From: Candidatus Omnitrophota bacterium
GTDB taxonomy: Bacteria; Omnitrophota; Gorgyraeia; 2-01-FULL-45-10
Direction: 5' to 3'
DNA length: 64,000 nucleotides
Assembly (NCBI GenBank): GCA_026387175.1
Contig: JAPLME010000012.1
Span: 69,849-133,848, forward strand
Shown: in pieces, positions 17,605-26,941 of the stretch
Layout: each line of letters starts with the position of its first letter
Position numbering within the stretch: position 1 is the first letter of the stretch
Program-made: the position numbers and the translations under genes
The notes under the pieces: generated by a model
The model's input: only the letters and a program-made list of their open reading frames with translations
Databases searched by the model: none
What the model was told of the DNA's origin: nothing

Positions 17605-19032
17605 ATGGAAGATCATATCATTACGGAAAAGAGCGGGCAGAATTGGCTTATCGCGATCATCTCCCTGACAGTATTCATGTTCTGCATAGATTACAGTATG
17701 TTAAATATTTCGCTGCCTGTGATCGCGAAGTATTTTAATGCCACTATCGGCCATGTCTCAAGGCTGCCGCTGGCGTATCTACTGGTGGTTACGAGCACCG
17801 TCCTTTTATTCGGCAAACTCGGGGACATCGCGGGATTTAAAAAAATATTTGTAACCGGCCTGGTTATTTTTGTGACCGGAACGCTCCTATGCGGTATCGC
17901 GCCTACATTAAATATCCTTCTGGGATTAAGAGTATATCAGTGCATCGGCGAGGCGATGTTTAGCCCGATAGGGATCGCCATCGTGACGGTCTTTTTGCCA
18001 TCAACGATCAAAGGCAGGGCGCTGGGTATTATGGCTACGGCGCAGGGGCTCGGTTTTTGCCTGGGCCCTGTTTTAGGAGGCTATATTAATGACCATCTGG
18101 GCTGGCACAGCATATTCTTTGTTAACATTCCACTCGGGATATTTGCGATCGTCGCGGCCATTAAGCTGATCCCATCCAAACAGCCTGTTCCGGAGGATAG
18201 GCGCGTGGATTTTTTTGGCGCGAGCCTGATATTCATATGTTTGTCGACCCTGATCTATGCCCTAAATTCGATTTCAGGTATGGGACTGAAAAACCCGGTG
18301 ATAATATCTAGTTTCGTGATATCGGCCGTTACGTTCATCTTATTTATAATGCAGGAAAAGAGAGCGTCGAATCCCATACTTGATCTTTCGCTTTTTTCAA
18401 ACCGCGATTTCGCGTTTGCCACCGTTTCGGCATTCTGTGTCATCTTTGTGTATATGGGGTTAATTTTTCTTCTCCCATTCTATCTGAACATGGTGCGGGG
18501 CCTAGACATCATGCATTCCGGGCTCATGCTTATGATCCCGGCGCTCATGGTGATAATCTCCGCGCCGATAGCAGGGCTCATCTCCGACAGGCTGGGCTCC
18601 AGATCGATATGCACTTTCGGCATATCGATGACGACTTTAGCGTTTTTTATGTTTTCTCTGCTTAAGCCGGATACCCCTCTATCGCATCTCATGCCTTCAT
18701 TGATAATAGCGGGTATAGCGATAGGGTGTTTTTTGCCCGCGAATAATAAATTGGTCATGGCCCTGGCGCCTTCGGATAAGCAGGGGATGGCATCCGCCGT
18801 ATATAAAATACTTAACAGCACCGGCGGTGTATTCGGAATAGCCATATTACCTCTTATTATCATGACTACAATTCGCGCTCAAATAGCGCTCGCGCGTATA
18901 AATATGTCGGCGGTTAAAGAGCACCCTGAAATTTTAATAATGGGCTTCGATGCCGCTTTTAAATTCGGCATGATAGTCTGTCTGGCCGGTTTGGTGTTTA
19001 CTGTTTTGGCGAAAGATAAAAAGGCACAGTGA
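17605..19032 (+). CDS. MFS transporter, 14-TMS DHA2/EmrB-like drug:H+ antiporter family
   Basis: 475 aa, ~14 hydrophobic helices. MFS motif-A-like GKLGDIAGFKK. Confidence 0.85.
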   Translation: MEDHIITEKSGQNWLIAIISLTVFMFCIDYSMLNISLPVIAKYFNATIGHVSRLPLAYLLVVTSTVLLFGKLGDIAGFKKIFVTGLVIFVTGTLLCGIAPTLNILLGLRVYQCIGEAMFSPIGIAIVTVFLPSTIKGRALGIMATAQGLGFCLGPVLGGYINDHLGWHSIFFVNIPLGIFAIVAAIKLIPSKQPVPEDRRVDFFGASLIFICLSTLIYALNSISGMGLKNPVIISSFVISAVTFILFIMQEKRASNPILDLSLFSNRDFAFATVSAFCVIFVYMGLIFLLPFYLNMVRGLDIMHSGLMLMIPALMVIISAPIAGLISDRLGSRSICTFGISMTTLAFFMFSLLKPDTPLSHLMPSLIIAGIAIGCFLPANNKLVMALAPSDKQGMASAVYKILNSTGGVFGIAILPLIIMTTIRAQIALARINMSAVKEHPEILIMGFDAAFKFGMIVCLAGLVFTVLAKDKKAQ

Positions 19033-19871
19033 AGCTTACAATCGCAAAGAGCGCGGGTTTCTGTTTCGGCGTGAAGAGAGCGCTTGCTATCGCCCTCGAG
19101 GCCGCGAATCAGGGGCGTGAAGTCTATATGCTCGGCGACATCGTGCACAACGAAGTCGTTGTGGAGAAGATGAAGGCTTCCGGCATCAAGAAGATAGCCA
19201 AGCCGCTGAAAGGCGCAGGGAAGAGGGCGCTTCTTATCCGGGCGCATGGCGCCGGACGGTATACTATCGCGAGCGCCCGGCGCGCGGGATATGAGATCAT
19301 CGACGCGACGTGCCCGATGGTAAAAGAGATACACGCTATCGCAAAGTCCCTGGAACAGGATAAGCGGACGGTCATAATCATAGGCGATAAAAAGCACGAT
19401 GAGGTCCGCGGCATAATTGGCCAGCTTAATAATAAACCCGTCATTATAAGCTCACGCTCGGACGTTTTCCGTAAAGCGCTACAACATATCGATAGGGCCG
19501 GCGTTGTTGTCCAATCGACACAGGAAGAGGCGAAGGTGCTCGATATCGTCAGCGCCTTACGAAAACGCGTAAAAGATCTCGTCTTTAAAAATACAATATG
19601 TAATCCTACCAGGATAAAACAGAAAGAAGCTAAAAGCCTTCCCGCGGAAAACGGTGTCGTGATAGTGGTCGGGTCCAAGTCGAGCGCGAATACGAAACGC
19701 CTTTATCAGATAGCCAGGTCCCTTAACAAAAGAACTTACTGGGTGAATTCTCCGGGCGAGATCAAGCCCGCATGGTTTAAAGGCGCAAAATCGGTTGGTA
19801 TTACCGCCGGAGCGTCCACTCCGGAAAGTTCGATAAGAGATGTCGTAAAAAGCATATGCTTAATAAGTTAA
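19029..19871 (+). CDS. ispH: 4-hydroxy-3-methylbut-2-enyl diphosphate reductase (IspH/LytB)
   Basis: GTG start. KSAGFCFGVKRALAIA LytB signature, conserved Cys, and SSNT-like motif GSKSSANTKRL. Confidence 0.9.
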   Translation: MKLTIAKSAGFCFGVKRALAIALEAANQGREVYMLGDIVHNEVVVEKMKASGIKKIAKPLKGAGKRALLIRAHGAGRYTIASARRAGYEIIDATCPMVKEIHAIAKSLEQDKRTVIIIGDKKHDEVRGIIGQLNNKPVIISSRSDVFRKALQHIDRAGVVVQSTQEEAKVLDIVSALRKRVKDLVFKNTICNPTRIKQKEAKSLPAENGVVIVVGSKSSANTKRLYQIARSLNKRTYWVNSPGEIKPAWFKGAKSVGITAGASTPESSIRDVVKSICLIS

Positions 19872-20569
19872 AGAAGGATCTGCGTGCTCAGGCGGATCCT
19901 GAGAAAGCAAAGATACTTCAGCGGTTCTTCAAAACAGCCGCGGGAGAGTACGGAGAAGGCGATGTATTTTTAGGCCTTGTGGTCCCGAAGATAAGGGCTC
20001 TGTCAAAAAAATACGCCCACCTCGATATCCGCAACACCGAAATATTATTAAGATCGCCTATTCATGAGGAAAGGCTCTCGGCCCTACTCATACTTGTATT
20101 GAAATTTGAGAAAGGCAGCGCCCGGGAGAAGGCGGAGATATACCGGACCTATCTGAAAAATACCGAATACATAAATAGCTGGGACCTTGTGGACCTTACC
20201 GCCGACCGTATTGCGGGCGCGTTTCTGAAAGACAGAGATAAGGCCATTTTATATAAACTCGCCCGTTCTGAGAATATGTGGGAACGCCGCATAGCGATAA
20301 TAGCGACGTTCCATTTTATCAAGAACGGTTCATTCAGGCATACATTCGCGATCGCGAAAGTCCTTCTCAGCGACGATCATGACCTGATCCATAAGGCTGT
20401 CGGATGGATGCTTCGGGAAACAGGGAAGCGCATTGATATGGCTGCCGAAGAACGTTTTTTGGAAAATTATTATAAGAAGATGCCGCGTACTATGCTGCGT
20501 TACGCGATCGAACGTTTTCCGGAATCAAAACGTAAAGCCTACCTGAAGGGGCGCGGTCCCCGGACATAA
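19856..20569 (+). CDS. DNA alkylation repair enzyme (AlkD-like HEAT-repeat glycosylase family)
   Basis: LRAQADPEKAKILQRFFKT...W.LVD...: PF08713-like layout. 237 aa. Confidence 0.7.
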   Translation: MLNKLKKDLRAQADPEKAKILQRFFKTAAGEYGEGDVFLGLVVPKIRALSKKYAHLDIRNTEILLRSPIHEERLSALLILVLKFEKGSAREKAEIYRTYLKNTEYINSWDLVDLTADRIAGAFLKDRDKAILYKLARSENMWERRIAIIATFHFIKNGSFRHTFAIAKVLLSDDHDLIHKAVGWMLRETGKRIDMAAEERFLENYYKKMPRTMLRYAIERFPESKRKAYLKGRGPRT

Positions 20570-20602
20570 AAAAGAGCGGCAGTGATGCCGCTCTTTTTTA
20601 TT
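20570..20602. terminator. bidirectional intrinsic terminator between convergent genes
   Basis: AAAAAGAGCGGC-agtgat-GCCGCTCTTTTTTATTTAT: A-run 5' and T-run 3'. Confidence 0.6.
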
Positions 20603-20617
20603 TATATGAAGAAACGA

Positions 20618-20965
20618 TTAATAATCATCCCCTGTTGTAGCCTGCTCCGCAGTATCAGAAACCGCTTCAACGGTATTACCGGCTGCGTCGGTTACACCCT
20701 TGGTAACCTTTGCGGCAGTATCAGAAACAGCGGTGACAGCGTCACCGGTCTTTCCGGTCACTTCCTTAGTGGCATTTACGGTAGTGTCGGAAACGGTGCT
20801 TACTGTATCGCCGGTCACTTCGCCGACTTTCTTTGTGGTATCCGCGGCGGCAGAGACTACTTTACCGACCGGGCCCTTCTTATCCTGGTCCACAGCCATG
20901 GCGCATACGGTCATTACAAACATGCCGATCACCAATACCATGACTAAACTCATTAAACGCTTCAT
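20618..20965 (-). CDS. secreted low-complexity repeat protein (VSDT..K.VTG.TGD repeats)
   Basis: Minus strand: AAGGGGG SD, ATG (20965) or GTG (20971). Signal peptide MKRLMSLVMVLVIGMFVMTVCAMA. + strand ORFs 20582 and 20700 are shadows. Confidence 0.55.
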   Translation of the reverse strand: MKRLMSLVMVLVIGMFVMTVCAMAVDQDKKGPVGKVVSAAADTTKKVGEVTGDTVSTVSDTTVNATKEVTGKTGDAVTAVSDTAAKVTKGVTDAAGNTVEAVSDTAEQATTGDDY

Positions 20966-21072
20966 TCTCACTCACCCCCTTTAAAATTAATGCGTATAGT
21001 ATATATCTTTTCCGAAACGAAAAGCAATAAATAAGTGAAATTTATCTTCAATGGTGATATATTGAGTACGAC

Positions 21073-21147
21073 GCGCCTGTAGCGTAACGGATAACGCGTT
21101 GGCCTCCGAAGCCATGTATGGCAGTTCGATTCTGCCCAGGCGCGCCA
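21073..21147 (+). tRNA. tRNA-Arg (anticodon CCG)
   Basis: Cloverleaf: acceptor GCGCCTG/CAGGCGC; D-stem GCGT/ACGC; anticodon arm TTGGC-CTCCGAA-GCCAT; T-arm GGCAG-TTCGATT-CTGCC; discriminator G plus encoded CCA. Confidence 0.85.
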
Positions 21148-21212
21148 TTTAAGCAAAATGTTGAATTTAGAATCACTTTGTATTAAAATATGAAAAACAG
21201 GAGAGGTGAGAT

Positions 21213-21602
21213 ATGAGAAAGTTGATTATAGCCATGCTGATACTTGCAGGCACCGCGTCTTTTTCTTTCGCTGATGAGGGCGAGCAATCGGCGGCTCAAG
21301 AGGCGCCTAAAAAAGTCATCAAAGAGGTGACGCTAAGGACCGGGTCTACTGATTTTGTCACAGGCAAAGTCGACAGCGTAATGCCCGCCGATCTATTGAC
21401 CAGGCCAAGGGCGAAGATCGTCATCGTCGATGGCTCCGGCAATTCACAGGAATTTGCCATTAAAACGCTTGCTGTTATATATGATTCAACCGGCCGTTTT
21501 TTGACCCTTAGCGATGTACATCCGGCTCAGGAAGTCCAAGTGAATTATATAACCAAAGCCGATAAAACAAGAGAAGCTGCCTCTATAAAGATCCTGAAGT
21601 AG
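21213..21602 (+). CDS. secreted hypothetical protein
   Basis: GGAGAGGTGAG SD. Signal peptide MRKLIIAMLILAGTASFSFA. Confidence 0.5.
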   Translation: MRKLIIAMLILAGTASFSFADEGEQSAAQEAPKKVIKEVTLRTGSTDFVTGKVDSVMPADLLTRPRAKIVIVDGSGNSQEFAIKTLAVIYDSTGRFLTLSDVHPAQEVQVNYITKADKTREAASIKILK

Positions 21603-21724
21603 CGCTTCATGAAGCCATAAGAGCTGTTTTTTCTTGAATAACCAGGTTTTTAAGTCTATACTATCCGAAAGCGATTAAATGATTAAAGATCAATTAATGA
21701 TTATAACCAGAAGAGAGGTATGAT

Positions 21725-22696
21725 ATGAAATCAAACAGGATCAGCCGGATAGTAATTTCATTGATGATATTTTCGTTCTTATCCGGTTCCGCGTTCGTGC
21801 TGGCCCAATCGTCGCGGGAAGATGGCCGGGCAAAGGATATGCAAAAATTACAGGAAAAGTTCAGCTGGTGGGGAACGAGCGACGCTCAGCCCGCTCCTGT
21901 AAGGGACGCCGAGAAGGGCGGTTACTGGTGGATGCCGAAACACCCCGGGCCCAAATCTCCGAAGAGATGGGGTAACGGCGGCTATATTTATGTCTATAAA
22001 ATAATTTTCGATTATAAAGAAGAGGAATTACCGCCCGCGAAGCCGAAAGAGATGAGGCCGTCATTGCTCATTAAGAAGATCATCAAGAACGTTAAAGTTT
22101 ATTTCGATTACGATAAAGCGGACATCAGGGACGATGCGGCGAAGATCCTGGCTAACGCGGCCGATCTTGTGAAGCGCAACGAGGGATCGAGCATACTTAT
22201 AAGCGGGAACTGCGACGCCCGCGGCAGCGAGAAGTATAATGAAAAGCTGGGCAAAAAGAGAGGCCAGGCCGTTAAAGATTACATGCTTGAGCACGGAGTG
22301 ACGGATGAGCGCATAAAGATCATAAGCCGCGGCAAGCTCGACGCCATAGCTCCGGTGACGGACCTCGAGGGAATGCAGAAGGACCGCAATGCCCAATTTA
22401 TGGTCGCGGAAGTGGAGGAAGTCATGATACCCGCTCCCGGCGAAGTCAAGGAGCCGGGCGCCGTATCCGTCGAAGAAGGCAAATATATGGTCGAGAAGGA
22501 AGAGACCGTAGAGTCGGAGCCGAAAGTTTCGACGAAAGAATATGTGACGAAGAAGGGCGATACCCTGTGGAAGATCGCCGAAGAGGTTTACGGAAACGGC
22601 CGTAAATGGAAGAATATATACCGTTTCAATAAAGATAAGATAAAAGATCCGAACCGCCTTAAGGCCGGAGTGACGCTTACTATACCTATCGAATAG
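21725..22696 (+). CDS. OmpA/MotB-family peptidoglycan-binding protein with C-terminal LysM domain
   Basis: VYFDYDKADIRDDAAKILANAADLV...ILISGNCDARGSEKYNEKLGKKRGQAVKDYM (OmpA_C). C-terminal YVTKKGDTLWKIAEEVYGNGRKWKNIYRFN (LysM). Confidence 0.8.
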   Translation: MKSNRISRIVISLMIFSFLSGSAFVLAQSSREDGRAKDMQKLQEKFSWWGTSDAQPAPVRDAEKGGYWWMPKHPGPKSPKRWGNGGYIYVYKIIFDYKEEELPPAKPKEMRPSLLIKKIIKNVKVYFDYDKADIRDDAAKILANAADLVKRNEGSSILISGNCDARGSEKYNEKLGKKRGQAVKDYMLEHGVTDERIKIISRGKLDAIAPVTDLEGMQKDRNAQFMVAEVEEVMIPAPGEVKEPGAVSVEEGKYMVEKEETVESEPKVSTKEYVTKKGDTLWKIAEEVYGNGRKWKNIYRFNKDKIKDPNRLKAGVTLTIPIE

Positions 22697-22699
22697 TCG

Positions 22700-23068
22700 A
22701 TGAGAAATATAGCGTTAATAGCGGCAGTCATAGTTATCATCTCCCCGGCTCAAATCCGGGCCGGGGGGATCGATTCACTGGTAGAGGTCGGTAAGTCGAT
22801 GGCCGATATTAACGCGGCTATGGACGAAGAGACCAGGGCTTTTAACCGTGTTAAAGAGGCAATCGATACCGGCATTATCAAAAAAGGCATATCGGAAGCC
22901 GAGGTCAGATCACGATGTGGAGAGCCCGTTATCGCGAATGACGACTCCGCTACCAAGAGAGAGAAATGGGTATATAAACCGGCCACCTCATCGTTCTTTA
23001 AAGGCATCCGCATATACCTCTTCTTTGATGATACGGGCGCTTTAGATGAGATCAGGACTTTGCAATAG
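22700..23068 (+). CDS. secreted hypothetical protein
   Basis: N-terminal hydrophobic signal. 122 aa. Confidence 0.45.
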   Translation: MRNIALIAAVIVIISPAQIRAGGIDSLVEVGKSMADINAAMDEETRAFNRVKEAIDTGIIKKGISEAEVRSRCGEPVIANDDSATKREKWVYKPATSSFFKGIRIYLFFDDTGALDEIRTLQ

Positions 23069-23182
23069 CGGCCATTGGCTCTTTTTTTGCTTATCCCAAG
23101 AACCTTCCGGCAATATGTCCGAATGTAAAATTCATTTACTATAGTATGTCGTGCTGATATACCAGAAAAAGGAGAGTTCCGT

Positions 23183-23503
23183 ATGGCAACATATGATGAT
23201 TTCAAAAAATTAGAATTCAAAGTAGCAAAAATTAAAGACGTGGTCGAACATCCGAACGCCGACAGGCTTTATATCGTGACGGTAGATCTTGGCGATAAGA
23301 CTAAACAGGTGATCGCGGGCATCAGGAACACGTATAAAAAAGAAGATCTGGTGGGCCGCCAGGTGGTTGTGGTGGACAATTTGGATCCAGCGGTCCTGCG
23401 GGGAGTCGAAAGTCAGGGCATGATACTGGCTGCCTCCGACGAGAACGGCAGTTCGATAGTGACTTTGGCCAGAGAAACGAAATTGGGAAGTATAGTAAAA
23501 TAG
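23183..23503 (+). CDS. tRNA-binding domain protein (CsaA/Trbp111-like, MetRS C-terminal-domain family)
   Basis: FKVAKIKDVVEHPNADRLYIVTVDLGDKTKQVIAGI...VVDNLDP...GVESQGMILAA: OB-fold tRNA-binding signature. Confidence 0.8.
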   Translation: MATYDDFKKLEFKVAKIKDVVEHPNADRLYIVTVDLGDKTKQVIAGIRNTYKKEDLVGRQVVVVDNLDPAVLRGVESQGMILAASDENGSSIVTLARETKLGSIVK

Positions 23504-23513
23504 AGATATTGGG

Positions 23514-23590
23514 GCGCCCGTAGCTCAACTGGATAGAGTAACTGGCTACGAACCAGTAGGTTGGCCGTTCGAGCCGGCCCGGGCGCGCCA
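23514..23590 (+). tRNA. tRNA-Arg (anticodon ACG)
   Basis: Acceptor GCGCCCG/CGGGCGC; D-arm GCTC-AACTGGATA-GAGT; anticodon arm ACTGG-CTACGAA-CCAGT; T-arm GGCCG-TTCGAGC-CGGCC; discriminator G plus CCA. Confidence 0.85.
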
Positions 23591-23605
23591 TCCTCCTTCG
23601 CAGAA

Positions 23606-24070
23606 ATGAATATGCCTATTAGCGATAACATATATATGTCGGAGGCTATTAAGGAAGCGGTGAAGGCGTTCGACGCCGACGAGGTGCCCGTCGGAGCTGT
23701 CATTGTGCATAACGGCAGGGTCATTGCCAGGGCGCATAACCAGATTAAGCTATTGAAGGATCCTACGGCGCATGCCGAGATGATAGCTATCACACAGGCC
23801 GCCTCTCATCTTTCCAGCGAACGGCTATTGGAAACCACTTTATATTCTACGGTCGAGCCCTGCGCGATGTGCGCCGGGGCGATGGTTTTGGGCAGGATCA
23901 AAAGGCTGGTATACGGCGCCGAAGATCCCAAGACGGGCGCCTCCGGATCCGTCATGAATGTCGTGAATAACAGGAAATTGAACCACAGGATATCCGTGGT
24001 TAAAGGTGTGATGGAGAAAGAGAGTTCAGCTCTTCTTAAAGAGTTCTTCGCCTTAAAGAGAAAGAAATAG
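23606..24070 (+). CDS. tadA: tRNA-specific adenosine deaminase (TadA, A34-to-I in tRNA-Arg ACG)
   Basis: HAEMIAI (zinc His/Glu) and VEPCAMCAGAM (PCxxC) CDA-fold motifs. Start ATG 23606; the track ORF start 23561 lies inside the tRNA. Confidence 0.85.
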   Translation: MNMPISDNIYMSEAIKEAVKAFDADEVPVGAVIVHNGRVIARAHNQIKLLKDPTAHAEMIAITQAASHLSSERLLETTLYSTVEPCAMCAGAMVLGRIKRLVYGAEDPKTGASGSVMNVVNNRKLNHRISVVKGVMEKESSALLKEFFALKRKK

Positions 24071-24101
24071 AGCCGTTTCATTTTTTCATGGAGGGAGCTA
24101 T

Positions 24102-24533
24102 ATGAAGAGAATCGCTTATATTTTTTTTGCGGTTTGTCTCATTGGATTAATCCCGATTCAGTGTCCGGCCGAGGATCAAAGCGGAATGGAATATGGTGAT
24201 ACCCCTGCTTCACCTGATGGCACTTATACCACTGCCTCGCCTGATAGTACCTATGCCTCATCTGATAACAAAGAAGCCAATATAGAGATACCTCCGGGTA
24301 TGGAGCTGAGGATGATGGGCAGTATCAAGATGATAGTACCGAAGGGCACCCAGCTCCACAAAAAAGGCAGCCTCGTGGTTATGGAGGGGCCGGATGAATA
24401 CGCGGCCAGGAATATCTACGAGATGAACGGCCGTCTCGTGGGGCTGGAAGCGCGGCAGCTGAATATCGAAAAGGAGCTGGAAGGTTTAAGGCAGGCCGTA
24501 TTAAAACAGCAGAAGAAACCCGCCGGTCAATAG
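24102..24533 (+). CDS. secreted hypothetical protein
   Basis: GGAGGGAG SD. Signal peptide MKRIAYIFFAVCLIGLIPIQCPA. Confidence 0.45.
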   Translation: MKRIAYIFFAVCLIGLIPIQCPAEDQSGMEYGDTPASPDGTYTTASPDSTYASSDNKEANIEIPPGMELRMMGSIKMIVPKGTQLHKKGSLVVMEGPDEYAARNIYEMNGRLVGLEARQLNIEKELEGLRQAVLKQQKKPAGQ

Positions 24534-24708
24534 CCGCCGGCCCGGACTTTATTGTTTGACATCCCACCGTCGTTAATATAGAATAATTTCACTATAATAT
24601 ACAATAAAATGGCTAATAAACGAAGATTACTCATCGGATCGTCATTCCAGAGAAAAGACCTAATTTTTTCTTTCCACTCAAAAACTAAGCGCTTGAGGAG
24701 GTAATATC

Positions 24709-25089
24709 ATGACAGGAGTCGGTATGGGAGAGCTCATCTGGTTAATATTAGCTGTCCTGTTAGGGCTGGGTGTGGTTATCGCCTGGATCATTAAAGCCGA
24801 GATAAGCCGCAACTTTTTCAGGCTTGAGGTAAAAAAATTAAGATCGCAATTGGAATCTTCGGATCGCGAGAAGGTCGTGATGATCGAGGAGATGCAGGCT
24901 TTTAAAGAAAGCGCCGGCGCGCCCGTGAATACCGGCACCCCGAGTGATGCGGACCCCGGAAAAATGATGATCGGCAAAATGGTGGAGAGGACCGGGGAGC
25001 TTGAGAAGGAGAACGAGAGGCTAAAGAAAGAACTTAGCGAGGCGAAGAGCTCGCTGGAAGAAGTTTATAAGGCGCTATGCAGTAAGTAG
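24709..25089 (+). CDS. small membrane-anchored coiled-coil protein
   Basis: GAGGAGG SD. N-terminal TM LIWLILAVLLGLGVVIAWII. C-terminal heptad-rich ELEKENERLKKELSEAKSSLEEV. Confidence 0.45.
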   Translation: MTGVGMGELIWLILAVLLGLGVVIAWIIKAEISRNFFRLEVKKLRSQLESSDREKVVMIEEMQAFKESAGAPVNTGTPSDADPGKMMIGKMVERTGELEKENERLKKELSEAKSSLEEVYKALCSK

Positions 25090-25108
25090 GGCCCCGGAGA
25101 CCAAGAGT

Positions 25109-26941
25109 ATGGAAATAAGCGATATGAAGAGACAGATCCTGGAGAAGCTCAAAGAGAAGCGCTCGAGCGCTCCGGCCGTTGTCGATACCGGGAAACCGGC
25201 TATAAGCCGGGAGGAGATATTAAACGCGATAAAGAGGCCGTTCGGCACATTGCGGCCCGAAGGACGTATTGTCATAAAGAAAGACGAGGAGCTTTTAAAA
25301 CGATACGAGAGTCTTAAGGCAGAGCTGGATCGGAAGACCGCCGTTGTTCAGGATCTGGAGAGGCGCTTGAAAGAGGAAAAAGGCCGCGCAGCCGCATTAG
25401 CCGAGACCGTGAAAGCCAGAGATGATAAGGCCGCCCATGCCAGCAGGTTATCCAAAGAGCTTGAAGATATCAGGAAGATCAGCGAGGAACAGCGCTTAAG
25501 ACACGAGAACCTGCAGGCCGAGCACAAGAAAGCGACGCTGAGCAGGGACGAGACGGCGAAGCTGCTCAAGATACTGCGTTCCGAGGCCGATGTGAAGGAG
25601 CGGACCATTCGCGACCTCCAGAAAAAAGTAACGAGGCTGGATGAGCTGGAAGAGATGCTTCGAGTAAAGAATAATAAGACGGCGGAGACAGCGAAGGTAT
25701 ATAAAGAACTTGAAGAAGCCAAGAAGCTGAACGATGAATACCGGGCGAAGATAGAAAGCGTTCGGGCGGAAAAGCGCGATGAAGAGGCGTTGCGGAGCGA
25801 AAAGATCAAAGACGAGCTGGTGCGTAAAGACGCGTTTGTACTGGATCTGCAAAAGAAATTCGCGACCGAGATCGATGAAATTACGAAGGACCGGGACAGG
25901 ACCGCATCGAATGTGGAATCGTTAAGATCAAAGCTTTACGCCGCGACAAAAGAGATAAAAGAGCAGAGCGTTAAGATGTCGCAGCTTGAAGAAGCCTCGA
26001 GGGCTAAGGACAAAAGGATACTGGAGACGGAGAAGCTGCATGCGGCGCTTGATCTCGCGAAGAGCGAGATGGAATCGAAGCTTCTGGCGGCCGAAAATGA
26101 TAATAAAAATCTCAATGAGAGGTACGCCAAGTCAAATGATGAGCTTGGGGCCGGCATAACCAGGATAGAGCAGGCCGAGAAATCTTATAAGGAGCTTGAG
26201 GCCTCTTATGGCGAGATCAGTTCCGAGCTCCAGGCAAGCCTTCGCGGCAAGAAAGAGCTCGAGGCTAAACTTGAGCAGGCGCATATAGAGCTGGAAGCGA
26301 AGACGACCCGCCTTGCGGAGGCCGATAAATTATATAAAGAGCTCGACTCAAGCGTGCGCGAGTTGACATCGAAACTTCAGGCAAACCAGCACCACACTAA
26401 AGAGGTGGAGGCCTCTAATGAAGATCTTGCGCTCAGGCTTTCAAACGCTAATCGCGATAGAAAAGAGTTTGAGGCGCGCATAACCGAGCTCGAATCAGAA
26501 GCCGAAGCAAAAACAGTTCGTCTTGAGAGCGCGGATAAATTACACAAGGAACTGGAATCTATAATAAAGGACGCTGAAGCGAAGCTTCAGGCGAGCCAGC
26601 ACAGGGTCGGTGATCTGGAAAAGGAAACGGCTCTTCTTGCGGAATCGTTGAAGGCCTCCAATCTTAAGCTGAAAGAAGTTGAGGATGAAGCGAAGAGTGA
26701 GATGGAGAAGCTTCGCGCGGAGCTGGGACCTCTCAAGAATACCGTTATACAAAAAGAGAAGAATGAGCTTGAGCTTAGAAGTTCAATAGAACATCTAGAG
26801 GTCGAGATGCAGGCGCGCGATTCTAAGATCGAAGGAGATCTTAGATATACCGAAAAGGTCATAAAAGAGATCAGCGAACTTCGTAAGAAAGTGGCGGCCC
26901 TTCAGAGGCAATCCGAGAGGACAAAGAGTGCAGGCGCTTAA
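25109..26941 (+). CDS. 610-aa coiled-coil protein with internal ~60-aa repeats
   Basis: Almost entirely E/K/L/A/R-rich heptads. Repeated EAKT[TV]RL..ADKL[YH]KEL..S...KLQA.QH blocks. 14-nt overlap with the ParA-like gene. Confidence 0.6.
   Translation: MEISDMKRQILEKLKEKRSSAPAVVDTGKPAISREEILNAIKRPFGTLRPEGRIVIKKDEELLKRYESLKAELDRKTAVVQDLERRLKEEKGRAAALAETVKARDDKAAHASRLSKELEDIRKISEEQRLRHENLQAEHKKATLSRDETAKLLKILRSEADVKERTIRDLQKKVTRLDELEEMLRVKNNKTAETAKVYKELEEAKKLNDEYRAKIESVRAEKRDEEALRSEKIKDELVRKDAFVLDLQKKFATEIDEITKDRDRTASNVESLRSKLYAATKEIKEQSVKMSQLEEASRAKDKRILETEKLHAALDLAKSEMESKLLAAENDNKNLNERYAKSNDELGAGITRIEQAEKSYKELEASYGEISSELQASLRGKKELEAKLEQAHIELEAKTTRLAEADKLYKELDSSVRELTSKLQANQHHTKEVEASNEDLALRLSNANRDRKEFEARITELESEAEAKTVRLESADKLHKELESIIKDAEAKLQASQHRVGDLEKETALLAESLKASNLKLKEVEDEAKSEMEKLRAELGPLKNTVIQKEKNELELRSSIEHLEVEMQARDSKIEGDLRYTEKVIKEISELRKKVAALQRQSERTKSAGA

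Noticed and set aside
20582-20984. + strand ORFs 20582..20947 and 20700..20984.
   Set aside because: They are the mirror of the minus-strand secreted repeat gene 20618..20965, which has an SD and signal peptide. The + ORFs have neither and start inside a terminator.
20968-21156. 62-aa minus ORF.
   Set aside because: Overlaps tRNA-Arg(CCG) and its promoter region.
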